A DNA stretch of 64,000 bases from Nitrospira sp. (GCA_047150005.1 AP038806.1:1888001-1952000); one strand, 5' to 3'; shown: positions 31,600 to 42,151, counted from the stretch's first letter. Notes: generated by a model not told the origin, from the letters alone. Translations and numbers: made by a program.

Positions 31600-32409
31600 T
31601 CAGTGGTGGTGGTAGTCCTCGACGAGGATGGTATCGTGTGCGGTGATGACCACATCCTTGCCATAGACCTGACGCAGGATGTCGGGCTTCAAGACTTCGG
31701 CGGGAGGGCCGGAGGCGAACAAGCGGGTTTTCAACAACACCAGTCGATCCACTCGAGAACGGATCATGTTGATATCGTGTGTAATCAAGAGCACGGTGAG
31801 TCCGAGCTCTTCATGGAGCTTCTGCACGAGATCGATGACGCTGTGCTGAGTGGGAATATCGAGTCCCGTTGTCGGTTCGTCCAGCAACAATACCTTCGGC
31901 TGCTGCGCGAGCGCTCGTGCAATGAAGACCCGCTGTTGTTGTCCGCCCGACAGCTGTCCCAACGCCGTGTCGCGATGCGCATCCATTCCGACATGCGCGA
32001 GGGCATCGACCGCGATGTCCCGGTCTCGCCTCGTCGGGCGCGCAAACAACCCGAGCGCCCCGTATCGTCCCATCATGACGGTTTCGAGGACCGTCACCGG
32101 AAAGTTTCGATCCACTACGCCCTTTTGAGGCAGGTAGCCGATTCTGGCCCGATGGTGACAACGCAATTTGTCGCAAGCGCAGTCGAAAATTCGGAGATGT
32201 CCGGAGATCGGCGGCAGCAGACCTAACACCGCTCGGCACAGGGTCGTCTTGCCGGATCCGTTCGGACCGATGACGCCGATGAATTCCCCTTCGTGGATAT
32301 CCAGCGAAATGTCCTCGAGCGCCACGACGCCCGGAAACTGGAATGTGGCATGATCGAAGCGAATGATGGCCTGTGCAATGACGGCCTGTGAACGGAGTGA
32401 CACGCTCAC
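31600..32409 (-). CDS. Zn/Mn ABC transporter ATPase
   Basis: GPNGSGKTT, LSGGQQQR, LLLDEPT; His-rich C-terminus. Confidence 0.92.
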   Translation of the reverse strand: MSVSLRSQAVIAQAIIRFDHATFQFPGVVALEDISLDIHEGEFIGVIGPNGSGKTTLCRAVLGLLPPISGHLRIFDCACDKLRCHHRARIGYLPQKGVVDRNFPVTVLETVMMGRYGALGLFARPTRRDRDIAVDALAHVGMDAHRDTALGQLSGGQQQRVFIARALAQQPKVLLLDEPTTGLDIPTQHSVIDLVQKLHEELGLTVLLITHDINMIRSRVDRLVLLKTRLFASGPPAEVLKPDILRQVYGKDVVITAHDTILVEDYHHH

Positions 32410-32445
32410 GTCTCCGGGGCGGGTTGCGACACCAAGAACGTCGGG

Positions 32446-33387
32446 TCAAGCGGCTTCGAGCGCATTGACCAATTGGAGCACATTGTAGCGCAACATGTCG
32501 AGATAGGTGTCTGTTCGAGGCAATCCGCCCGGAAGGGTCGTCAGCACCACGACGCGGGCGCCGGTCTCCTTTGCCAGGAGTTCGGGAAATTTCTGACTCA
32601 GTTGAATTTCGGAGACCACGACTTTGACCTGGTGGCGTTTCATCGTCTGAATCAGCTGTTGGATATGACGTGCACTCGGCTCGCCTCCCGACTGCAATTG
32701 AATCGTCCCGACGATATCGAACCGGAATCGCCTGGCCAGATAGGGCCAGGCCGGATGATGCGCTACGAACTTCCGGTCGGACAAATCCTTGACCCTTCCG
32801 CTCAGTTCCGCCTGCAGTCGGTCCAGGCGGGTAATATAGGCTGCCTGATTTCGGCGATAATCATCGACGTGGTCCGGGTCGGACTGTATCAGCGCTTCGG
32901 TGATGTGTCGGATCATCGTGGCCGCATTGGTCGGGTCCAGCCATACGTGCGGATTCCCTCCGCCCGTCCGCTCCTCGCCTGCATGGTCGTCCTCGGGGAT
33001 GTGGGCATCGCCGATCAGCCCTATTCCGGTGGAGGTGGTGACGACACGCAGGGAAGGGTCGCCGGCATTCTTTACAAGAGGAGATACCCATATCTCCAGT
33101 CCGATCCCCACTTGAAAGAGGAGGCGGGCTTTGCGCACGGCGACGAGGTCGCTTGGTTTCGGCGAATAGGTATGTTCGTTCTCATACCCCTTCAACAGCG
33201 AGGTCACCGAGACATGACGCCCTCCGACCTGCTCGACGAAATCCTTGAGCACGGGGAGTGTGACGACGATGTTCAGAGGCTCACGCGGTCCGCTTGCCGG
33301 CGCGTTGGCGGGAATGATCACGCAGAACAGAAGTTGTAGCACGAGCAGCGGGGCGCACCGGTTCGATCGCAAGAGACGCTGGGGCAT
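32446..33387 (-). CDS. Zn/Mn ABC transporter substrate-binding protein
   Basis: EHTYSPKPSD, NPHVWLDP, HPAWPY; start uncertain. Confidence 0.9.
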   Translation of the reverse strand: MPQRLLRSNRCAPLLVLQLLFCVIIPANAPASGPREPLNIVVTLPVLKDFVEQVGGRHVSVTSLLKGYENEHTYSPKPSDLVAVRKARLLFQVGIGLEIWVSPLVKNAGDPSLRVVTTSTGIGLIGDAHIPEDDHAGEERTGGGNPHVWLDPTNAATMIRHITEALIQSDPDHVDDYRRNQAAYITRLDRLQAELSGRVKDLSDRKFVAHHPAWPYLARRFRFDIVGTIQLQSGGEPSARHIQQLIQTMKRHQVKVVVSEIQLSQKFPELLAKETGARVVVLTTLPGGLPRTDTYLDMLRYNVLQLVNALEAA

Positions 33388-33533
33388 GGGGGGGCGACCG
33401 TAACATCGGGACCCTAGGATGTCAACGCGACGTGCCCGCCGCTCGACTGACACACCGGCGGCTTGACCGCGAACGAGAGTTCCATTAGCGTAGCGGCGCT
33501 CAACGACACCTTGACCAGCGGAGGATGGGAATC

Positions 33534-34700
33534 ATGAAGGTGATTGGACTGATGTCCGGGACCTCGGGCGACGGAGTCGATGCGGCATTGGTTGAAATCA
33601 CGGGGCGAAAGCGATCCCTTCAAGTTAAGACGCTTGCCGCGGAAACACTCCCCTATCCGCGAACGCTTCAGCAACGGATTCTTACTGCGTCGGTATCGGG
33701 GACAGTCGGAGAAATCTGTCACCTGAATGCCCTGTTGGGCGAATGGTTTGCCGATGCGGCGTTGCAGATTATTCGTGCGGCCAAACTTCGTCCCTCCGAC
33801 GTTGCGCTGATCGGATCACACGGCCAAACCGTCCATCACCTTCCGCACGGCGTTCAGGCGCCGGGTGTAGGCGCCATCCGTTCAACGCTGCAGATCGGCG
33901 AGCCGGCGGTCATCGCCGAGCGAACGGGGATTACCACGATCGCGAATTTTCGGGCTCGAGATGTCGCGGCCGGAGGTCAGGGCGCTCCTCTCACCCCCGC
34001 GGTTCATGCCCTCCTTCTCCGGCACCCCCGTCGCGCGAGGCTTGTGGTGAACCTCGGCGGCATCAGCAATGTGACCTATATTCCTCCGGATCACACCGAG
34101 GAGGGGGTCGTGGCGTTCGACACCGGTCCCGCAAACATGGTGCTCGACAACCTCGTGGCTCGTATGACGAACGGACGTCTGCCCATGGATCGCGACGGCA
34201 AGATGGCGCTACGCGGGAAAGCAGACAGCAGGCTGTTGAGCAAGCTGTTGGCTCATCCCTTTCTGTCTCAACGGCCCCCGAAGTCGACAGGGAGAGAGGA
34301 ATTCGGAGTGACGTTGGTCGAAGAACTGCTCGCGGCGCCGCAGAAACTGTCCTTGGACGATCTCCTCGCGACATGCAGCGCGTGGACGGCCAAGGCCGTT
34401 GGAACGTCGCGTCGCTGGATCAGGGGGCGGATCGACGAAGTCGTGGTCGGAGGAGGCGGAGTTCGCAATCGGGCGATCATGGCTCAATTGTCCGCCGTGT
34501 TCGCTCCCGTACCGGTGACCACGTTCGATGCATTGGGATGGGACAGCAAAGCCTTTGAAGCGGTCGCATTCGCCGTCTTGGCCTATCGAACGGCCAAGGG
34601 ACAGTGGGGAAATCTTCCGGCGGTGACGGGAGCCGCGCATCCGGTTATTCTGGGCGCGATCGTTCCGGCCGGCCCGCAGTGGGCTCGACTGTTCAAATAG
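33534..34700 (+). CDS. anmK: Anhydro-N-acetylmuramic acid kinase
   Basis: IGLMSGTSGDGVD, GSHGQT, GGQGAPL, FDTGPAN, PKSTGRE. Confidence 0.94.
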   Translation: MKVIGLMSGTSGDGVDAALVEITGRKRSLQVKTLAAETLPYPRTLQQRILTASVSGTVGEICHLNALLGEWFADAALQIIRAAKLRPSDVALIGSHGQTVHHLPHGVQAPGVGAIRSTLQIGEPAVIAERTGITTIANFRARDVAAGGQGAPLTPAVHALLLRHPRRARLVVNLGGISNVTYIPPDHTEEGVVAFDTGPANMVLDNLVARMTNGRLPMDRDGKMALRGKADSRLLSKLLAHPFLSQRPPKSTGREEFGVTLVEELLAAPQKLSLDDLLATCSAWTAKAVGTSRRWIRGRIDEVVVGGGGVRNRAIMAQLSAVFAPVPVTTFDALGWDSKAFEAVAFAVLAYRTAKGQWGNLPAVTGAAHPVILGAIVPAGPQWARLFK

Positions 34701-34713
34701 GTGAGTCGGCAGG

Positions 34714-35217
34714 ATGGATCATGTATTTTTCTGGAGTGGTCTGGCCATAGGTATCTACGCCATGTGGAGGTTCACGGTCGGCCGGAAACCGACGCAAACG
34801 GAAGCGCTCGCGCTGCCGACCGGCGTGATCTTGGAGCCGCAGCCTCCGCTCAGCGACATAGACCTGCGGCTCTATAATCTGCTCCGGATGGCCGCGGAGG
34901 ATCGGTACATCGTGCTGGCTCGCGTTCCGCTGATGTGCGTTGTACGGGTGCACACTGGAGGAACGGGGCGGGTTCAGATCCTGCGCCGCATGGCGCTCAA
35001 GAATTTGGATTTTGTGCTGGTTCATCCGGGATCGCGGCTCGTCGAGCATGTCGTCCAGATCGAAGGTGGCCAGCAATCGGACCCACGCGAAGCAGAGAAA
35101 CGGCAGGACATCCGGAGAATCGTTCAAGCGGCGGGAATCAATCTGGTTGTTCTCGAGGCGGATCGATTCTATTCCGTCCAGCAGCTGGGAGCAATGTTGG
35201 GCATCGGCGGCGAGTGA
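34714..35217 (+). CDS. DUF2726-domain membrane-anchored protein
   Basis: N-terminal TM; LARVPL, LDFVLV, IEG pattern. Confidence 0.7.
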   Translation: MDHVFFWSGLAIGIYAMWRFTVGRKPTQTEALALPTGVILEPQPPLSDIDLRLYNLLRMAAEDRYIVLARVPLMCVVRVHTGGTGRVQILRRMALKNLDFVLVHPGSRLVEHVVQIEGGQQSDPREAEKRQDIRRIVQAAGINLVVLEADRFYSVQQLGAMLGIGGE

Positions 35218-35258
35218 GCGTAGGCGATGTTCTCAGGTTGTCATATCGAAAGCTGCCG

Positions 35259-35765
35259 CTATTCAGGCGACATCGCCGTCGCTTCGATTCGTGACTGGTC
35301 CACCTCGAGCGCCTTTCTCGCCGCCTCGGCTTCCGGGCTGTCCGGATATTCATCGAGCACGCGCTCGTACATGATCCGCGCTTTCTCATAGTCCTTGAGC
35401 TTGGTGTAGGTCTGGCCGATTTTCAGGGTCGACGCGGACAGTTTAGGGCTGAGGGGGTAATAGGACACGACATTGTAGAATGATGCCAAGGCGTCCTTGT
35501 AGCGGCCCATTCTGTACTGACATTCCCCGACCCAGTATTGTGCATTGGCAGCGAGGGTCGTTTGACCATGAAGTTCGAGGAATAAGCGAAAGCCGGCCAG
35601 GGCCGCCTCGTAGTCACGGTGCTTGAATTCCTCCATCACCCGATCATACAAATGACGCGATGTATCCTGGACTTGCCCCGGAGCGGCGGAGGTCAAGACC
35701 GGGCTGAAACACAACGACAAGAGCAGACCGAATGCTGCAACAATCCGGGGTTTGTTGGGGGTCAT
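35259..35765 (-). CDS. Tol-Pal-associated TPR protein (YbgF/CpoB-like)
   Basis: Signal peptide; ANAQYWVGECQY, YPDSPEA. Confidence 0.82.
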   Translation of the reverse strand: MTPNKPRIVAAFGLLLSLCFSPVLTSAAPGQVQDTSRHLYDRVMEEFKHRDYEAALAGFRLFLELHGQTTLAANAQYWVGECQYRMGRYKDALASFYNVVSYYPLSPKLSASTLKIGQTYTKLKDYEKARIMYERVLDEYPDSPEAEAARKALEVDQSRIEATAMSPE

Positions 35766-36098
35766 TGCCGTCCTCCGAAATGAGTCACAATGGCTCTGGG
35801 GATTCTGGGATATCGCAATCGTCGTGCCAGTCGTCGGCGGGAGAAGCGACAAGGAAACGGCGTAAGACCTCGTCAATGCATGGAGTCAGAGCGTAGAGGT
35901 TTCCCTGACCTCCGGGGGGGCCAACAGAATTGTACGAGTCTGTCTGGGAGAACCCGCGGCTTGACAAATATGAGCCCGCAGTTCCTCATCACCGGCGGTG
36001 TCGCGAGCATGTCAGCAGCTTCGGCATGACCGGCGATTGGAGAGAAAGATCCCCCGAGACCGTTGATGGCCCCTGAACGATCGAGCGGCAGGACGCGA

Positions 36099-36911
36099 AT
36101 GAAGACCGAGCAGGACGATCAGGGCAAGCAGGAGATTCCCTCCAATCCTCTCGGGGGAAGAACGCTGGTGGTGGACGGACAGGATGCCAACGCCTATCCG
36201 AGACCGAGCGCCGCGCTTGCAGAGGCGGAGGCGAAAGACCAAGTCTTCGTCCGTCCGGGAACCTATGAGGACAAGATCTTCGTGGCGGCCCGACCGATTG
36301 CCCTCATCGGCGCCGGTCGAGATCTCGTTCAAATCTTCTCCCGCCGTGGCGCGCCCTTGTATCTGCAGCAGGTGCCGAGCGGAAGAATCAGCGGGATTAG
36401 CTTTCGCTATATCGGAAGCGATCAACATTCCGCGATGAATCTTCTCGATTCCACCTGTACGGTGACACAATGTCGTGCCCTGGAAGGCATTCTTTCAGGC
36501 GTCGTCATCTACGGGCCTGAAGCCCGGCCGACGTTCGTGGGCAACGAATTCTGTGGCAATCGCGAGTCCGGCTTGTTCGTATTTGCCGGGGCACAGCCTC
36601 GATTGGTTGAGAATGTCTGCCGTGGCAATCATCATTTCGGCATTGCGGTTCGGGACGAAGGCAGTTATCCGGAGCTGGTCAGAAATCAGTGTCGAGAAAA
36701 TATGATGAGCGGCGTCCTGCTTTTTCATCACGCCAGAGCTCTTCTGGTGGACAACTGCTGTACGGACAATCTCCACTGGGGCTTCGTCATGACGCCTGAT
36801 TGCAGGCCGTCTCCGGATCAGGACGCACTCGCGCGCTCCAACACGCTGACTCCCAATTCACGCGGTGCGATATTGGTCACGGACACGCCGCTCTCCGAGA
36901 TCGGACGATGA
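36099..36911 (+). CDS. Right-handed parallel beta-helix protein
   Basis: VRPGTYED and repeated N-x-C-x-x-N/G-I units. Confidence 0.8.
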   Translation: MKTEQDDQGKQEIPSNPLGGRTLVVDGQDANAYPRPSAALAEAEAKDQVFVRPGTYEDKIFVAARPIALIGAGRDLVQIFSRRGAPLYLQQVPSGRISGISFRYIGSDQHSAMNLLDSTCTVTQCRALEGILSGVVIYGPEARPTFVGNEFCGNRESGLFVFAGAQPRLVENVCRGNHHFGIAVRDEGSYPELVRNQCRENMMSGVLLFHHARALLVDNCCTDNLHWGFVMTPDCRPSPDQDALARSNTLTPNSRGAILVTDTPLSEIGR

Positions 36912-36929
36912 GGCGGCGTGAGGGGATGA

Positions 36930-37859
36930 TCAGCGACCGGCATGAGCGGATTGTGTGCGGTAGCCCGAAGCCTCGTGAAAATGGAAGCCGCTGCCTCCTT
37001 GCTGCTTCGCCCGATACATCGCCTCATCCGCGTGCTTGAGCAGTTCGTCTATCCCTTGATCGTCGTGTGGATAGACCGTGATTCCGATACTGACACCGAT
37101 CGACACGCTCTGTCCCTTCAATTCAAAGGCCGAGGAGATCGATTCGGCAATCCGCTTGGCCACCACGACGATGCTGGCTTCCGATGGCACACCTTCCAGA
37201 ATGATCGTAAATTCATCTCCTCCCATGCGGGCCACCGTATCGACCTCACGGACGCAGCTTTTCAATCGTTCCGACACTGCCTTCAACAACTCATCCCCGA
37301 TGTCATGGCCTAATGTGTCGTTTACGGCCTTGAAGCGGTCGAGATCGAGCAGCATGAGCCCGACGGGTTGCTGAAGCCGTTTGCTGCGGGCCATCGCTTG
37401 AATCATGCGGTCTCGAAACAGGCTCCGGTTGACGAGACCAGTGAGGTGATCGTACTGGGCGAGATAGGTCAAACGTTCTTCCGTGCGCTTGCGTTCGATC
37501 GCATAGCGGACCGCTCTGGCGAGAAGTTCCGGGTGGCCTTGCCCCTTGACCAGATAATCCTGGGCCCCTTGTTGCACTGCTTGCAGCGCCAGCGTCTGGT
37601 CACTGACGCCGCTGAGTACGACCAGCGGAATCGCAGGGTTGGTGGTATGCACCTGCCGAACGGTCGGCAATCCAAAAGCGTCGGGAAGGGAAAGATCAAG
37701 AAGAATGGCGTCAAAGCGAGTTTGACCGATGAGCGCCAACCCCTCCGCCAGGGTCTTGACGTGGGTGATGCGGAACTCCTCTATACTCCATTCAGCCAAC
37801 AGATCCTGGGTAAACTGGGCGTCGACATCGTTGTCCTCTATGAGAAGAACGGCGATCAT
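36930..37859 (-). CDS. Response-regulator diguanylate cyclase (REC-GGDEF)
   Basis: LLIEDN, LLDLSLPD; YDHLTGL, RxxD I-site (REVD), GGDEF. Confidence 0.93.
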   Translation of the reverse strand: MIAVLLIEDNDVDAQFTQDLLAEWSIEEFRITHVKTLAEGLALIGQTRFDAILLDLSLPDAFGLPTVRQVHTTNPAIPLVVLSGVSDQTLALQAVQQGAQDYLVKGQGHPELLARAVRYAIERKRTEERLTYLAQYDHLTGLVNRSLFRDRMIQAMARSKRLQQPVGLMLLDLDRFKAVNDTLGHDIGDELLKAVSERLKSCVREVDTVARMGGDEFTIILEGVPSEASIVVVAKRIAESISSAFELKGQSVSIGVSIGITVYPHDDQGIDELLKHADEAMYRAKQQGGSGFHFHEASGYRTQSAHAGR

Positions 37860-38159
37860 CGCTGGTTAGCTCATGTCGGAACGTCGCGGAGTTGCGCACA
37901 ATTACCCCGCCTGATTATAGCCAAGCGGGGAACGCTGAGGAACAAAAAGCACGAATGTTGCATTCCCAGGCTGGAACAGCCTGGACATGCGACGAACCTT
38001 TGCCGCTCACATGCGACAGCAACTGACCCAGTTGTGCTTCCTGTGCGATGACAGTGGTCCGCTCATGCTGTCTCATGAAATGCTGTCAACGGTTCTGTGG
38101 GCGAATCCGAGGTATATCTGAGACAGGTCCCGAGGGAGGACACAGACCAACGGATGCGA

Positions 38160-38495
38160 CTAGCCTTGAGGAGAGAGTGGAGGGACGTTCTGATAGGAAC
38201 CGGTCGGAGGTTGCTCGGGTCCCACCGCCGCCTCGCAAGCATACCCTGGCTCGAAGGGCCACAGGAGCGATCGCCCGAATGTCGACCCCCGGACGTGGAC
38301 ATAGCGAAAGGTGACTCCAAGCCGATCAGACTCTTGCTGCATCGTGGAAAGACACCCTTCGTACGAAAAGGACCTTCTACCGAGTAGAATCGGCTCGCCT
38401 GTCTGACTGTGGAAGACGGTAAACGGCTCCGCACAACCGGCAAGACTCAGAGTCAAGAGACAGAACGTGTAGGAAAGGAAACGTGTCGACCGCAT
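38160..38495 (-). CDS. Putative lipoprotein
   Basis: Lipobox LAGC after hydrophobic stretch. Confidence 0.65.
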   Translation of the reverse strand: MRSTRFLSYTFCLLTLSLAGCAEPFTVFHSQTGEPILLGRRSFSYEGCLSTMQQESDRLGVTFRYVHVRGSTFGRSLLWPFEPGYACEAAVGPEQPPTGSYQNVPPLSPQG

Positions 38496-38530
38496 ACGGC
38501 GATTGTAGCAGATATAGGTGGGAAATTGGA

Positions 38531-38869
38531 CTACTGGGTAACGGCCGATGAGCCGGACTTCCCGAAAACGGGGTTCCGAATCAAACGCCCAAGCCGTACC
38601 TGATCATGACCCGGCATCCGAATAAACTCCACGCCGAAGTGCCGCCCCTGGCACCAGCGGACTCTCGCCAGGCCCACCGACAGGGGAGGAGTCTGGTCGG
38701 GAAGCAGAACCTTGAGTTCGAGGTATGAGTCTGAACGGACAACCCTTTTGCTGGTGATGGCGCATCCGGGAACGGAGAGGTTCAGCACGGTCCCTTCCCC
38801 GACGAACGATTCACCGGCAAACACAACAGGAAGACGGGTATCTACCCTGGTACAGTAGCGGAGCTTCAT
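38531..38869 (-). CDS. PilZ-domain protein
   Basis: RYCTR (RxxxR) and NLSVPG (D/NxSxxG); ARVRW, FGVEF. Confidence 0.85.
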   Translation of the reverse strand: MKLRYCTRVDTRLPVVFAGESFVGEGTVLNLSVPGCAITSKRVVRSDSYLELKVLLPDQTPPLSVGLARVRWCQGRHFGVEFIRMPGHDQVRLGRLIRNPVFGKSGSSAVTQ

Positions 38870-39159
38870 GATGGAATCACCCACATTTCCCCCAGCCGCT
38901 TGCCGTCTTCCCGCTTCATCGTCGGCAACGTAGGGTTACAGGGAACAATAATCAGAGGTCGCGTGGTCTGTCTGCCCTACAAAAGGTGGGAGGAGCGGAA
39001 CTTGGTGGGCAGATGGAAAGTCCAGGGACTCCCAAAATGAGGGAGACTATCTCGCAGGGCTCGCTGGGCGGTGTCCAGAACGTACGAGTGACTTATCAAG
39101 TGGGGTGACCGCACCGCGGAGTACGCGTCGGTCTCAGTGGACAGGTGGAACTTGGGAGG

Positions 39160-39357
39160 TCAAACAGGCTTTTCCGCTATATACTCCAGATATTTCCACA
39201 GTTCTTTTGCCTCGCCCTCTCCGAACACCAACGGTGTATTGTTGGCGGAGCCGGTGAAATAGACCTTCACGCTCATCTCATCCTGCCATGCTTGCACTTC
39301 GCAATAGGCGATGCTGTCGAGATTGAGAGCCCGTTTCCCTATTCGCACATAGTGCAT
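39160..39357 (-). CDS. Small hypothetical protein
   Basis: MHYVRIGKRALNLDSIAYCE...; RBS GGAAGGA. Confidence 0.65.
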   Translation of the reverse strand: MHYVRIGKRALNLDSIAYCEVQAWQDEMSVKVYFTGSANNTPLVFGEGEAKELWKYLEYIAEKPV

Positions 39358-39494
39358 CTGGCTTCCTTCCAACTGCTCAAAATACGAACAGACTATAGCA
39401 TCGACGAATGCAGCGTCCTACGACATCGCACATTTCCGACAGATCTCGTCCTGATACGGAGGTTTTGGGTTGGTGTCCCACTGTCAGGTCCCTC

Positions 39495-40526
39495 CTAAGC
39501 CGGTGTGAATACCTCATTGACATTCGTATAAGTTGCGCCGGGGGATGGGCCACCGCTCAGAACGTACAGCCGACCATAGAGAGAAACCACGCCAAGACCG
39601 TGGCGGCTTGTAGGAAGTGGGGCCCTTCTTTCCCATTTATTGGTAGCCGGAAAGTAGGCAGAGTTGAGATTAAACGTCGTTTCACTACTTTCTCCACCGA
39701 CGGTATAGATGATGCCGTCAATCGTCCCTGCTCCAATCCCACTTCGCGGGATGGGTAAATCGGCCACCCTCTCCCAACGGTCGGCTATCGGATCGTAGGC
39801 CTCGACGCTTGTGACGTTTCGATTGAAGTCACCGCCCAATCGTCCCCCGATGGCATAGACTTTTTGATGAGAAGCGGCTACCGCCAAATGGTCACGAGGA
39901 GTCGGAAGTGCTGCCCTCGGCATCCATGTATCGGTCACCGGATCATACATCTCCACTGCCGCGGAATTACCGTTCGCGCCTATCCCGCCGATGGCGTACA
40001 GCTTCCCGTTATACTCAGCCAGGCCTAATGCCCCACGAGGAGTGGGCATCGGTGCTCGTTCGGACCATGAATTGGTTGCAGGGTCGTATGCGAACACCCT
40101 TGCGCTGCGACCAGGAGGCCATTGTATGAGGCCGCCAACGACGTACAGTCGATTGGCGACACTCGCGGCGCTTGCATGGTGAACCGGTATGGGAAGCGGC
40201 GCTCTCAATCTCCAACGGTCAAGCGTGGTGTCGTACTCCTCAACGGCGTCAGTGCTGAGAATACCGGGTCGGTTGAAGAAACGGCTCAGAATGGTCTCAA
40301 CCCAATCCAGATCGCGAAATCCACCGACGAGGTAAATTTTTTCTCCGACGGCAGCGGCAGCCACTTCTGTTCGCTTGATTAGAGCCGGCGCAAGAGTTTC
40401 CCAGCGTCCAGAAACCTGGTTTGATTCTTGGGCCATCGCCCAATGCACGAATGTGAACAGGATTACAGTGATGACCAGCCAATGCCCGGATGCTCGGGAG
40501 ACTAGGCCGAAACCGAAGATCAGCAT
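39495..40526 (-). CDS. Kelch-repeat beta-propeller protein, probably exported
   Basis: Repeated IY/LY-x-x-GG ... YDP-x-T-x-x-W units; hydrophobic N-terminus. Confidence 0.87.
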   Translation of the reverse strand: MLIFGFGLVSRASGHWLVITVILFTFVHWAMAQESNQVSGRWETLAPALIKRTEVAAAAVGEKIYLVGGFRDLDWVETILSRFFNRPGILSTDAVEEYDTTLDRWRLRAPLPIPVHHASAASVANRLYVVGGLIQWPPGRSARVFAYDPATNSWSERAPMPTPRGALGLAEYNGKLYAIGGIGANGNSAAVEMYDPVTDTWMPRAALPTPRDHLAVAASHQKVYAIGGRLGGDFNRNVTSVEAYDPIADRWERVADLPIPRSGIGAGTIDGIIYTVGGESSETTFNLNSAYFPATNKWERRAPLPTSRHGLGVVSLYGRLYVLSGGPSPGATYTNVNEVFTPA

Positions 40527-40676
40527 GGCGTAGGCGGGATCCCCTTTGGGCGCTGACGTGTAACTCTGGCGGATGCGCGTCACAGAATCAATCCCATTAT
40601 GGTGAGAAGTGAGGTGAGCCGGATCTAACAGAGACCATTGGAATGGGGCAGAAGTCTCGAGGAGATATCTGATGGT

Positions 40677-40721
40677 TGGTTGCGGGGGAAGGATTTGAAC
40701 CTTCGACCTTTGGGTTATGAG
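40677..40721 (-). repeat. Distal att site: duplicated 3' 45 nt of tRNA-fMet
   Basis: Matches 47910-47954 except in the T-stem. Confidence 0.93.
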
Positions 40722-40851
40722 GCCTTAAAGACTAATTTTGCATTGCCCTGATATTCCGTCTGGTTTCTCGCTTTAATAAGTATTGTCAACGATTTAGCGC
40801 ATTCTATTCATTGCAGTTAATTCGAGCGATTTTGATGCTGTTTAGTTTTTT

Positions 40852-40870
40852 TTAGCACAATTTTAGCACA
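40852..40870 (+). repeat. Putative integrase arm-type sites, left end
   Basis: TTAGCACA-att-TTAGCACA; same pair at 47819-47837. Confidence 0.7.
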
Positions 40871-41073
40871 GTGTTTGAGACTCAAGTCTGGATTGATACA
40901 CCACTTAGGACAACCGACAAAACCCTGAACAAATTGGGGTTCACCCTTTGCCTCATGCTTTATCCTCCCGCATGAGGTGGTCAAAACCCTGTCTTTTTGT
41001 CGAGGATTGAGAAGTCGAATTTCCTAGGGCATTGACGTATTCTTCCGCCTGTTCCAATAAATGATTTAGTCCT

Positions 41074-41790
41074 TTGCGGTGGAATTGCCGGTCTCCGTGC
41101 GAAGTTCGCCGAGATGGTGTTGGACAGACAAAGGTAGCGCCGGGCTTTCTTTTGGAAGACGTAGCCTTACTTCAAGCCCTTCGCAAAGGCGATGAAACTG
41201 CTTTTGCTCAGTTGATGGATCGCTACCACGCCTCCCTCCTGCGTCTTGCGATCACCTTTGTGTCTAGTCATGCAGTGGCAGAGGAAGTGGTGCAGGAGAC
41301 GTGGATCGGTGTATTAGAAGGCATCGGTCGATTTGAGGAACGCTCATCACTCAAGACCTGGATTTTCCGTATCCTGACCAACCAGGCAAAGACCAGGGGC
41401 ATGCGTGAACGCCGACATGCGCCGTCGTCACCTCTAGAATATTCGACGGACGAGTCCGAAACCCCGGCCGCGGACCCCTCTCGCTTTCATACTACAGGAT
41501 ATTGGATCGATCATTGGAAGTCTCTCCCCCGCTACTGGGATGATGAAACTCCCGAGAGACTCTTTTTATCCAAAGAAGGGCTTGCACAGATCGAGAAGGC
41601 CATTAGTGCCCTGCCCCAGACACAACGGCAGGTCATCACGCTCCGAGACATGGAGGGGTTAACCGCAGTGGAAGTCTGTAACATTCTGTCGATCGGTGAG
41701 ACTCATCAACGAGTGCTGCTTCATCGTGCGCGGTCCCATGTCCGACGTGCCCTCGAGAAGTACCTCGATCAAGGTGACGCGCAGTCATGA
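41074..41790 (+). CDS. ECF sigma-70 factor (start uncertain)
   Basis: AEEVVQETW, SSLKTWIFRILTN (region 2); LPQTQRQVITLRD...RVLLHRAR (region 4). Confidence 0.9.
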   Translation: MRWNCRSPCEVRRDGVGQTKVAPGFLLEDVALLQALRKGDETAFAQLMDRYHASLLRLAITFVSSHAVAEEVVQETWIGVLEGIGRFEERSSLKTWIFRILTNQAKTRGMRERRHAPSSPLEYSTDESETPAADPSRFHTTGYWIDHWKSLPRYWDDETPERLFLSKEGLAQIEKAISALPQTQRQVITLRDMEGLTAVEVCNILSIGETHQRVLLHRARSHVRRALEKYLDQGDAQS

Positions 41791-42077
41791 CCCACGACGA
41801 CTTCAAGAACCGCATGATTGACTATCTCGCGGGTCAGCTCACCTGTAAGGCGGTCACCGAAGCCATCACTGACTACCTCGAAGGGAACTTGGGCTTGATG
41901 GACCGTCTACGGTTCCAGATGCACCTGGGTATGTGCCGGGGGTGCCGACGATATCTTCGTCAGATGCGACTGACGCTTCGCGCCGTTGGCACTGTGCCGA
42001 AAGACCCTATCCCGCCCGCTGTCCGCGATGAACTCCTGGAGCGATTCCGGACCTGGAAAGCCCGGTCTCAAACTTAG
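41787..42077 (+). CDS. Soluble zinc-binding anti-sigma factor (zf-HC2)
   Basis: LTC...DYLEG...HLGMCRGC (HxxxCxxC); ATGA coupling to the sigma gene; no TM segment. Confidence 0.88.
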   Translation: MTHDDFKNRMIDYLAGQLTCKAVTEAITDYLEGNLGLMDRLRFQMHLGMCRGCRRYLRQMRLTLRAVGTVPKDPIPPAVRDELLERFRTWKARSQT

Positions 42078-42079
42078 TC

Positions 42080-42106
42080 TGTAACGAAATCGAATATGGG
42101 GAGACT
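42080..42106 (+). promoter_or_regulatory. Candidate ECF promoter for cld
   Basis: TGTAAC-N17-GACT, about 45 nt upstream of the cld start. Confidence 0.45.
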
Positions 42107-42151
42107 ATAGCCCAAAGAACCTTGATCCCTGTTCGACAAAAGGAGGCACTC

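Noticed and set aside
40677..40721. Second functional tRNA-Met
   Set aside because: Only the 3' 45 nt are present; the D-arm and 5' acceptor strand are missing.
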